DNA from: Candidatus Poriferisodalis sp.
Lineage (GTDB): Bacteria > Actinomycetota > Acidimicrobiia > Acidimicrobiales > Poriferisodalaceae
Reading direction: 5' to 3'
Assembly: GCF_965204195.1 (NCBI RefSeq)
Contig: NZ_OZ241975.1
Location: forward strand, 1,401,184 to 1,465,183
DNA: 64,000 bases
In this document: piece by piece, positions 28,782 through 36,858 of the stretch
Numbering within the stretch: the first letter of the stretch is position 1
Layout: each line of letters begins with the position of its first letter
The notes under the pieces: generated by a model
What the model saw: the letters and a program-made list of their open reading frames with translations, nothing else
What the model was told of the DNA's origin: nothing
Databases searched by the model: none
Made by a program: the position numbers and the translations under genes

Positions 28782-29904
28782 CTAGCGAGCATGTATTGGC
28801 TGCCAGCGGCGGTAGGTGGCGCAGCGCCACAGCCATTCGACGGGACCGAAGGCGAATCGGTCCAGCCAGGCCTTCGACCACCACAGCTGCACCGCCCACA
28901 CGGCCACCACGAACATGGCGATCCCGCTGCGGCTCAGATCCAGATCGTCGAGCAGAACGCCCAGCACCAGCAGGCCGAATGCTGTCTGGGTGAGGTAGTT
29001 GGTGAGCGCCATGCGTCCCGCGGCGCGGATGCGCTGTCGCAGGCCCCCCTCCCTCGCCGAGTTCCACAGGGCGATCAGGCTGAGGTAGCCCAGGCACAGC
29101 GGCACAGTCGCCAGCGTGTTGGGGATGGTGCCCGCCACGGCCCAGTCGATATCGAAGCCCGTGGCGGCCATCAGTGCGAACCCGGCAGTCGACAGCGGCA
29201 AGCCGACGCCGAGGCCCCATGCGGCCATGCGGCAGTAGAACGACGGCGTCTGGTTGCCGCTGATGACACCTGTCCGGTAGAGCGCCGCCCCGATGAGCAT
29301 GGCGCCCAAGGCTCGACCGAAGTAGTCGGCCAGGAACCACGTCTCGATGACGCCGTAGTAGTCGCCGTAGTGCCAGAAGTCGATCAGCACGCTGGAGAAG
29401 CTGCGCAGCGACGACTGCACGACCCACGATAACTGCCACTGCGACGTAGCACGTGCCGCCCAGCGCAAGGAGCACCTTGGCGGGCAGGCGTCGCAGTGCG
29501 AGCACGACCGGCGCGCACAAGGCGTAGGCGAACAGCACGTCGCCGTCCCAGAACGACAGGTGCACGATGCCGATGCCCAGCAGCAGCGCGTTGCGCCACA
29601 GGCTCAGCAGCACGCTGCGCCTGCCCTTCGCCGCGGCCCGCTCGGCGAACAGCACTACGCCTGCGCCGAACAGCATCGAGAACAGGCCCATGAACTTCTG
29701 GTCGGCGAAGATCTCTCCGGCGCCGCCGACAACCCAGTCCAGCGCCGTCCGCGAGCCGCCGGCATCGAGGTTGGCGTAGGCGGCGGCGGGCAGGCCGAAT
29801 GCCACGGCATTCATCGTCAAGATGCCGAGCACGGCCACGCCGCGCACGGCGTCGAGCGTCGTGATGCGTTCAGCGGCCCGCGTTGCCAGCGGACCCGACG
29901 TCAT
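28782..29904 (-). pseudogene. DUF418/YeiB-like membrane protein, disrupted by a frameshift near 29420..29435
   Basis: The N-terminal ~160 aa (frame of ORF 28771..29904) and the C-terminal ~215 aa (frame of ORF 28782..29468, with GRMALTNYLTQ and GPVEWLWR motifs) belong to one family but lie in different frames. Confidence 0.7.
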
Positions 29905-29947
29905 GGCAGTCGGGCGAGGACTGCAGGCTCGCGGGCCGGCAGCGACC

Positions 29948-31039
29948 TCAGTCGAAGGTGATGACGGTGCGGTTGGATTCGCCGGCCTTCATCCAGCCGT
30001 AGCCCTCGTTGATCTGTTCGAGGTCGATGCGTGCCGAGATCATCTCATCGAGCATGAGACGGCCATCGAGGTACAGGTCGATCATCATCGGGATGTCGCT
30101 GCGGAACTGGTTCGAGCCCATCATCGAGCCCTGCAGCTTCTTCTCAGACAGGAAGTCGATGCCGCGCAGCTCGACCTTGGTTTTCGAGGGCACCATGCCG
30201 ATCACGGTGGCGGTGCCGCCGATGTCGAGCATGTTGAACGCCTGCTGCACCGTCTCGGCCAAGCCGATGGCTTCGAAGCTGTACTCCACGCCGCCCTTGG
30301 TCATGTCCTTCACGGCGGTCACCACGTCGTCCACCTCGGCGGCATTGACGGTGTCGGTGGCGCCCATCTGGCGGGCGGTCTCAAGCTTCGTCTCGGTCAT
30401 GTCCACTGCAATGATCCGACCGGCGCCGGCCACGCGGGCGCCTTGCACGGCCGACAGGCCGATGCCCCCGCAGCCGATCACGCACACCACGCTGCCCACG
30501 CCGACGCCTGCGGTATTCACCGCCGCACCGAAGCCCGTCGTGACGCCGCAACCGATCAGGCATGCCCGGTCGAGCGGCATGTCGGGCCGCACCTTCACGA
30601 CGGCGTTCTGATGCACCAGCATCTGCTCGGCGAAGCCACCGAGCCGAGCCATCTGGCCCACCTCAGTGCTGTCGTCACGCTCCAGTCGGGCTGCGGCGCC
30701 CTTGGCCCGCGAGGTGGCCCGGATGTTGGTGCAGCGGTGCGGGTTGCCCGACAGGCAGCGGTGGCATTGGCCGCAGAAAATCGACAGGCACGCCACCACA
30801 TGGTCACCGGGCTTCACGTAGCTCACGTCGCTGCCCACGGCCTCCACCACGCCGGCCGACTCGTGGCCCATCACCATGGGCAGAGGCGTGCGGAACAGGC
30901 CTTCCATGAAGTGCAAGTCGCTGTGGCACAGACCAGCGCCCACGGTCTGGATGAGCACTTCCTGCGGTCCGGGCGCGTCGATGCGCAGGTCCTCGATCTC
31001 CAGATCGCCCGGCTGTTCGCAGAGCACAGCTGCCTTCAT
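29948..31039 (-). CDS. Zinc-dependent alcohol dehydrogenase (class III / formaldehyde-DH-like)
   Basis: GHESAGVV, structural-zinc Cys cluster CGQCHRCLSGNPHRC, GCGGIG NAD motif. Confidence 0.9.
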   Translation of the reverse strand: MKAAVLCEQPGDLEIEDLRIDAPGPQEVLIQTVGAGLCHSDLHFMEGLFRTPLPMVMGHESAGVVEAVGSDVSYVKPGDHVVACLSIFCGQCHRCLSGNPHRCTNIRATSRAKGAAARLERDDSTEVGQMARLGGFAEQMLVHQNAVVKVRPDMPLDRACLIGCGVTTGFGAAVNTAGVGVGSVVCVIGCGGIGLSAVQGARVAGAGRIIAVDMTETKLETARQMGATDTVNAAEVDDVVTAVKDMTKGGVEYSFEAIGLAETVQQAFNMLDIGGTATVIGMVPSKTKVELRGIDFLSEKKLQGSMMGSNQFRSDIPMMIDLYLDGRLMLDEMISARIDLEQINEGYGWMKAGESNRTVITFD

Positions 31040-31218
31040 GTGACGCCCCCTCGCGTTGTACGGCCACGACAGTGGCTTCGCTTGACATTGCCGAGATTAG
31101 GCGCGCAGCGGAAAGTGCGTGCCCGCCGACGCCCTTCGCGTCCGGGCTGCCATCGGCCGCCCAGGTGGAGGGTGCGGTAGCGTCGTTCCCAGCGAGCCAC
31201 GGCCGTCGAGGGGGAGTC

Positions 31219-31815
31219 ATGGCGAATGAGCACGGCTACTTGCCGAAGGTGACCGAGCTGGACGACAAGCAGCAACGCCGCTTGGACACTTGGTATGCGA
31301 AGGCCTACACCGACGACAACCTCTTCCGGACGCTGGCTGCCGACGAGACCACCATCGACCTGTTCCTCGGTTGGGTCGGTGCTGTGTACGGCGGCCATCC
31401 CGACGAGGATCCCGGTGCACTCGACCGGCACATGATCGAGCTGTGCCGCATCCGTATGGCCAACCGGAACGAGTGCTTCCACTGAAGCCTCGTGCGCAGC
31501 GCATCGTTGGTGCGCACCGGACTGACCGACGAAGTCGTGGCCCAGCTCGTCGACTACGAGGCTTCGGACCTGCCCGAGTCGTGGAAGGCAGCCCTCGCGC
31601 TGTGCGATCGGCTCTCGGGATACGAGCACAAGGGCGTGATCCCACCTGAGCTGTACGAACGGCTGGGGGATCACTTCAACGAGCAGCAGATACTGCGCTT
31701 GGGCGCATTGCTCGCGTCTGCGAGCGGGTGGCATCGCATGATCGAGGCATTCGGCATCCGGCCCGACCACTACCAGGCCCAACAATCTGCCCCTTGGGCC
31801 GCAGCAGCGGGTTGA
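31219..31815 (+). CDS. Carboxymuconolactone decarboxylase/AhpD-family protein with in-frame TGA (31483..31485) at the second Cys of CxxC; candidate selenoprotein (or nonsense pseudogene)
   Basis: ORFs 31072..31485 and 31492..31815 share one frame and are separated only by TGA. Read-through gives ...RMANRNECFH[TGA]SLVRSASLVRTGLTDEVV..., the CMD/AhpD core. ATG 31219 is preceded by GAGGGGGAG. Confidence 0.6.
31492..31517 (+). promoter_or_regulatory. SECIS-like hairpin immediately downstream of the in-frame TGA
   Basis: GTGCGCA (31492..31498) pairs perfectly with TGCGCAC (31511..31517). Extendable by C-G and G-U pairs over one G-G mismatch. The stem starts 6 nt after the TGA. Confidence 0.45.
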
Positions 31816-31878
31816 GCGCGGGCCCGCTGGGGCGCGTCGCGAGATCAGGCTTGACAGCACTCGTCTAGCTTCGGCGCG

Positions 31879-32739
31879 GTGACCCCAGAGGCACCCGACA
31901 CCGAACCGCTGTCGCCGGGCAGCCGGCTCGCAGAGGTCGTCGAGTTCTTCGGCGTGCAGGCCACCGACGACGAGTTGCGCTGGCTTCTGCCCATCTCGCC
32001 GAACGTTGCCAACTATCTCGGTGTGATGCACGGCGGCTGCGCGCTCGCGTCGGTCACTGCCGCTGCCGAGACATGGAGCGAACGGCCGGTTGCATCGGCT
32101 TCGGCGCAGTTCATGTCCCGTGTCCCTCTCGGTGGCAGCGCAGAGATCACGTTTGACATCGGGTCGGCCGGCAAGCGGATGACCCAGGTGCTCGCGCGGG
32201 TCGTCGATGCAGCCGACGGCAGCGTGCTGATGCTAGCGCTGCTGTCGCTGGGCGGTCGGCGGCTCGGCATCGACCAGGACTGGGTGCAGCCGCCGGATGT
32301 TCCGGCGCCGGAGGAGTTGGCGCGCCGTTCTGTGCCGGACAACGCCGTTCCATCGTTCAGCACAGAGGCCGACATCCGGTTTGCGCCCTACAGCGCCGGC
32401 GATCGCAGGATCCTCTGCTGGGCGCGACTCGCTGGCACGCTGGCGTCCACCCGCCAGGGTCTGATTGCGTTGGCGGACACGCTCGCAACGGGGATGCACC
32501 TGAGCCTCGGCCGCAAGTGGCGTGGCGCGAGCCTCGACAACACTGTGCGCATCGCAGGCGACGCCGACTGCGAATGGGTGCTACTCGACATCGAGACCGA
32601 CGGCTTCCACAACGCTGTCGGTCACGGCGTCGTGCGGATCTTCGCCCCCCATGGCGCTTTGCTGGCGACAGGGAATCAGTCATTCGCCGTGGCGCGGGTG
32701 GCCGGCCCCTCGAGGGCTTCCGGCTGTAGTCAGCACTAG
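31879..32739 (+). CDS. Acyl-CoA thioesterase-like (double hotdog) protein, paralogue 1
   Basis: GTG start. GVMHGGCALA and the C-terminal half resemble TesB-like/PaaI-like hotdog thioesterases. Tandem paralogue downstream. Confidence 0.65.
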   Translation: MTPEAPDTEPLSPGSRLAEVVEFFGVQATDDELRWLLPISPNVANYLGVMHGGCALASVTAAAETWSERPVASASAQFMSRVPLGGSAEITFDIGSAGKRMTQVLARVVDAADGSVLMLALLSLGGRRLGIDQDWVQPPDVPAPEELARRSVPDNAVPSFSTEADIRFAPYSAGDRRILCWARLAGTLASTRQGLIALADTLATGMHLSLGRKWRGASLDNTVRIAGDADCEWVLLDIETDGFHNAVGHGVVRIFAPHGALLATGNQSFAVARVAGPSRASGCSQH

Positions 32740-32750
32740 CTTTCGGCTCC

Positions 32751-33602
32751 GTGAGCGCCGAAGCTGCCACAAGCGACGCTGCGCCGCAGGACCCGCACGT
32801 CGGCGAGGTGATCGAGTGGTTCGGCCTCCAGTCGACGGCCGAAGAGCTGCGTTGGCTGCTGCCGGTGACCTACGACGTGGCTGGTGCCACCGGCACGTTG
32901 CATGGCGGGTGTGCGCTCGCGGCCGCCGTGGCGGCTCTCGAGAGCGTCACCGGCCGGCCCATGGCCGCTGCATCGGCGCAATACCTGGCGCGGCTGCCGG
33001 TGGGCGGCTGTGCGGCCGTCGCTCTCGACATCGGCGCCAGCGGCAACCGGATGACCCAAGCCTCCGCTGAGATCACCGATGCCGCCGACGGCCGGGTCAT
33101 TCTGCGTGCGCTCGTGTCCCTCGGCGGTCGGCAGCTAGGCATCGACCAGACGTGGACGACCGCACCCGACGTGCCGCCGCCGGACTCGTGCGAGCCCCGC
33201 GGCTCGACGTCGATCGAGGGCCGCTCGTTCACCGACCACGCAGACATCAGGCTCGCCGGGCAGCAGCCGGGCGAGCGCCACGTCCGGTACTGGGCGCGCC
33301 TCGACGACACGCTGGCATCGACCGGGCCGGGCCTGACGGCGCTGGCCGACCTGCTGCCGAGCGGCATGCGCGTCAGCCTCGATGCCGGATTCAGGGGATC
33401 CAGCCTCGACAACACGGTGCGGATCTCCGGCGAAGCCGAGAGCGAATGGGTGCTCCTCGACATCGAATCCGACGCCGTCCACAACGCCATCGGCAACGGC
33501 ATCGTTCGCATCTATGCCTCCGACGGGGGGCTGCTGGCGACCGGCACCCAGTCGTTCGCGATCACCCGCATCACTGGTCCCCTGGGCTCGCCGCAGCAAT
33601 GA
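32751..33602 (+). CDS. Acyl-CoA thioesterase-like (double hotdog) protein, paralogue 2
   Basis: Collinear with 31879..32739 along its whole length (GTLHGGCALA, SLDNTVRI, WVLLDIE). Similar upstream context (TAGCTT(T)CGGC..GTGA). Confidence 0.65.
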   Translation: MSAEAATSDAAPQDPHVGEVIEWFGLQSTAEELRWLLPVTYDVAGATGTLHGGCALAAAVAALESVTGRPMAAASAQYLARLPVGGCAAVALDIGASGNRMTQASAEITDAADGRVILRALVSLGGRQLGIDQTWTTAPDVPPPDSCEPRGSTSIEGRSFTDHADIRLAGQQPGERHVRYWARLDDTLASTGPGLTALADLLPSGMRVSLDAGFRGSSLDNTVRISGEAESEWVLLDIESDAVHNAIGNGIVRIYASDGGLLATGTQSFAITRITGPLGSPQQ

Positions 33603-34477
33603 CGGGCGCACGCACGTGGCTGGCCGGAGCACGGCCACGTACCTGGCCGGCGTCGCTGGTGCCGCCGTTCGTGGGCACTGCAGCGTCCGACGCCGTGGCA
33701 GACGGCGGCATCGTGTGGTGGCGAGCCGCCTTCGCGCTCTTCGTGTCGTTGTGCATCCAGATTGCTGTCAACTACGCCAACGACTACAGCGATGGGGTGA
33801 GAGGCACCGACGTGGCCCGGGTAGGTCCGCAGCGTTTGGTGGCCTCGGGAGCGGCGTCGCCGGCTGCGGTGCGGAATGCGGCGTTCGCAGCCTTCGGCGT
33901 GGCTGCCGTGTTCGGCATCGTGGTGGCCGCCGCGGTGTCGTGGTGGCTCGTCGTGGCCGGCGGAGCGTCGATGCTCGCAGCGTGGTACTACACCGGCGGT
34001 CGGCGTCCATACGGCTACCGGGGCCTCGGCGAGCTGTTCGTGTTCATCTTCTTCGGGCTGGTGGCGACGGCGGGATCGGCGTTCGTCCAGGACGCCCGCC
34101 TCACGATGCTGGGCATTGCTGCCTCGGTCCCGGTGGGCTTGGGCTCGGTGGCCCTGCTCATATCGAACAATCTGCGCGACCTGCCGACCGACGCACAGGC
34201 CGGCAAGCGCACGCTGGCGGTGCGGATGGGCGACGGGCCGACCCGTGCCATGTACGCAGTGGTCGTGGTGTTGATGGTGTTCTCGCCGATGTACCTGTCG
34301 CTGCTGCGACCGTGGACGATGCTGGGGCTCGCCGCCATCGCGTTCGCTGTTGCGCCCGTTCGCGCGGTGGTCCGCGGCGCCAGCGGTGCTGCGCTGGTGA
34401 CGGTGCTCGCAGCAACCGGTCGCCTGCAGATCGTCGTGGGCGCCCTGCTGACCGTCGGCCTCGCCCTCGGACCATGA
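33599..34477 (+). CDS. menA: 1,4-dihydroxy-2-naphthoate polyprenyltransferase
   Basis: From ATG 33599 (ATGA overlap with the upstream stop). UbiA-family NYANDYSDGVRGTD motif, multiple TM helices. Confidence 0.9.
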   Translation: MTGARTWLAGARPRTWPASLVPPFVGTAASDAVADGGIVWWRAAFALFVSLCIQIAVNYANDYSDGVRGTDVARVGPQRLVASGAASPAAVRNAAFAAFGVAAVFGIVVAAAVSWWLVVAGGASMLAAWYYTGGRRPYGYRGLGELFVFIFFGLVATAGSAFVQDARLTMLGIAASVPVGLGSVALLISNNLRDLPTDAQAGKRTLAVRMGDGPTRAMYAVVVVLMVFSPMYLSLLRPWTMLGLAAIAFAVAPVRAVVRGASGAALVTVLAATGRLQIVVGALLTVGLALGP

Positions 34478-34537
34478 CATCGGCAACACCCTGCTGCCAC
34501 CCGTGGCTGTGCCCATGCGATCCGCAATGATGTCCCG

Positions 34538-35041
34538 ATGAGCACAGAAGCAAGTTCGGGGGCAGTGCTGGAGCATCTCGCCGCGCTGGGCGTGGCCTAC
34601 GAGGTCGTGGAGTGCGACCCCGACTTCGCCGACACGGCGCAATTCTGCGAGCGCTACGGCTATTCGATGGATGCGTCGGCGAACGCCATCTGCGTGGTGG
34701 GCAAGTCGGCCGAGCGACCGATGGCGTGCTGCTTGGTGCTGGCGTCAACGCGGCTCGATGTGAACGGCGTGGTGCGGCGGCGGTTGGGCACCCGCAAGGC
34801 GTCCTTTGCCGATGCCGACGAGACCATCGCACGCACCGGGATGATGATCGGCGGCGTGACGCCGTTCGGGCTTCCCCCGGCCATCCCGGTCTGGATCGAC
34901 AGCCGGGTGATGGACTGCACCGAAGTCATCGTGGGCGGCGGCTCCCGCGATTGCAAGATCCTCTGTCCACCGGCTTCGCTCGCCGAGCTTCCCACGGCCG
35001 AGGTCGTCACCGATCTGGCCAAGACGATCCCGCCGGCCTAA
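34538..35041 (+). CDS. YbaK/EbsC-family aminoacyl-tRNA deacylase
   Basis: 167-aa ORF with YbaK/ProX editing-domain similarity (GGVTPFGLP). Confidence 0.85.
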   Translation: MSTEASSGAVLEHLAALGVAYEVVECDPDFADTAQFCERYGYSMDASANAICVVGKSAERPMACCLVLASTRLDVNGVVRRRLGTRKASFADADETIARTGMMIGGVTPFGLPPAIPVWIDSRVMDCTEVIVGGGSRDCKILCPPASLAELPTAEVVTDLAKTIPPA

Positions 35042-35053
35042 ACGGTGCTGAGT

Positions 35054-36592
35054 TCACGGCGATGGCGGATGTGCGCCGCCGGCCCAAACACCGCGTACGC
35101 CTGTGCCCTCGGGCCGGTGGACAGCCCAATCGACTTGGAAGATACCCCCGAAATGGGTCGCGTTCTCGACAGCGGGAATGGGATAGCGGGTTGTTTCGAT
35201 GCGGCGCACCTGGTCGACGTCGGGCGTGCCGTCGGGGAAGTAGTAGACCCCGTACAGGGGGATACGAATCACGTCGACAATGGCGCCGGGTTCGTCTGAG
35301 GAGCCGAGCGCGGCGTAGCCGCGCAGGTCGGGGATGGCGACGAGGTGTGCTACATCGGCGAGGCTGGGATGGCTCAGTCTTTGGGCCACTTTGTTCGGCA
35401 AGCTGTAGTGGGCACGCGCGTATCCGTGCAGGATGAGGACCTGCTCTTCGGGAGGGAACGACTCGTACATCTCGGCCGGGAAGCCGCTATTGCGAAGCCC
35501 GTGGGGCCAGTGCCACCGCAACCCCGGAGATGCTATGACGAACCAAGCGCGCGAGACGTCGATCTCGGGTGAGAACTCCGCCTCGACGATGAACTGGGCG
35601 GGTTCTGGCGGTTCGCCGGTCCAGCCTTCGATCTCGAAAGGCGCGATCTCGCCGGGCTGGATCGACAGCGGCCAGTGCCACGTTCCGACGCTGACGCTGA
35701 CGCTGACGCTGTACGCCCACATGGTGCGTGACCAGTTGCGGACCAGGCCGCGCACCACCCCGTCGATGACCGACACCGAGCCGGGCTCCACCCGCAACTC
35801 CTCCACAGCCTGCTCGGCAACGGGCAGCACCACATCGCTGTGGAACGGGCTGTAGATGCCCAGCGGAAGTTCACCGTCGGGCAGGGAATGAGCAAGGCGT
35901 TCCTCGGCGGCTGCTTCTCTGCTCGCGATCGCTTCGCGTGCCTGTTCGGGCGTGTGGTACCAGCTGATGTTGTACACAGACCACAGCGCATAGCGCGGGT
36001 CGTAGTCGCCGGGCTGCGCGTCGGGATCGTCGCATCCCATCAGTCCCCGCTGCTGGATCATTCTCGGGATCCGCTCGCGGAACAGCAGCGTCGGCATCGA
36101 CCGCGGCCCTTCGAGACGGGCCTCGGCGAGCAGATCGTCCGGGTCGCACATGTCGAATACCCGGTTCAGCACCGGCTGACGGGCATGCTGGCCGACTCGG
36201 GAAGGACCATCGCGCAGCGGGCCGAGCGGCTCACCTTCAGCGGGAAGCACCCGCATGTCCTCAAGATCGGCCAACCGATCGGAGTCGAACGTCACGTACA
36301 TGTCAGTGAACCAGAACGGGTCGCCCTCTGCGAGGCTCAACCTGACCGTCGCATCAGCCGCAGCGGGGCGGTCACTCGCAACGCTTGGCTGTGTCGTCTC
36401 GGCAGCGAGCAGCCCGTCGACGGTCGTCGGTGTGGCTGATGCCGCCGCCGCCGCTGTCGCCGCCGGCCGAATCGCCGGCGCCGCGCTGTCCGCTGCTGGC
36501 AGCTCATGCAAGGCCGCGCCGCTGCATCCCTGCGCGAGCAGCAGGCCGGCACACATCACCCAGCCCACAACGCAGCAGGGCGTGCGCCTCAT
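35054..36592 (-). CDS. Secreted/lipoprotein-like protein, uncharacterised family (partner B2)
   Basis: From ATG 36592. Signal-like MRRTPCCVVGWVMCAGLLLAQGC. Shares the VVRGLVRNWSR...W.WPLSIQPGEIAPFEIEGW block with 36859..38298 and 60474..61811. Confidence 0.65.
   Translation of the reverse strand: MRRTPCCVVGWVMCAGLLLAQGCSGAALHELPAADSAAPAIRPAATAAAAASATPTTVDGLLAAETTQPSVASDRPAAADATVRLSLAEGDPFWFTDMYVTFDSDRLADLEDMRVLPAEGEPLGPLRDGPSRVGQHARQPVLNRVFDMCDPDDLLAEARLEGPRSMPTLLFRERIPRMIQQRGLMGCDDPDAQPGDYDPRYALWSVYNISWYHTPEQAREAIASREAAAEERLAHSLPDGELPLGIYSPFHSDVVLPVAEQAVEELRVEPGSVSVIDGVVRGLVRNWSRTMWAYSVSVSVSVGTWHWPLSIQPGEIAPFEIEGWTGEPPEPAQFIVEAEFSPEIDVSRAWFVIASPGLRWHWPHGLRNSGFPAEMYESFPPEEQVLILHGYARAHYSLPNKVAQRLSHPSLADVAHLVAIPDLRGYAALGSSDEPGAIVDVIRIPLYGVYYFPDGTPDVDQVRRIETTRYPIPAVENATHFGGIFQVDWAVHRPEGTGVRGVWAGGAHPPSP
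35687..35710. repeat. Hexanucleotide microsatellite (GACGCT)x4 inside a CDS (encodes SVSVSVSV)
   Basis: Direct reading of 35687..35710. The paralogues lack the repeat at the equivalent position. Confidence 0.9.
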
Positions 36593-36858
36593 TGCTCGCC
36601 CGGCGGCGGCTGCGGATTGTTCGGAAACTCCTTGGTGCGGCCGGTCCATCGGAGCGTGTCGATCGCACTGAGAAACCGACTGCTGTTGACGCTGGGCCAC
36701 GGCGATGCGCGCCGGTAGTTGAATGGCCGGTGCTTCTGAGTCCCGCACGCCTTCACATGGAGCTTGAGACCCGGGCGTCGTCTCTCTACTGGGGAATCCT
36801 TCTGAAACGGCTTTCTTCACTCCCCGGTTTCCTTTGGACCAACACTGTTCAAGATAGA

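Noticed and set aside
28771-29904. Intact 377-aa ORF for the DUF418 gene
   Set aside because: After about residue 160 the translation becomes Arg/His/Leu/Pro-rich nonsense. The real family C-terminus (GRMALTNYLTQ, GPVEWLWR) is found in another frame, so it is annotated as frameshifted.
31036-32031. 331-aa minus-strand ORF across the CMD-family gene region
   Set aside because: It is antisense to the CMD/AhpD-like gene and to the start of the thioesterase paralogue. It has shadow-ORF composition and no motifs.
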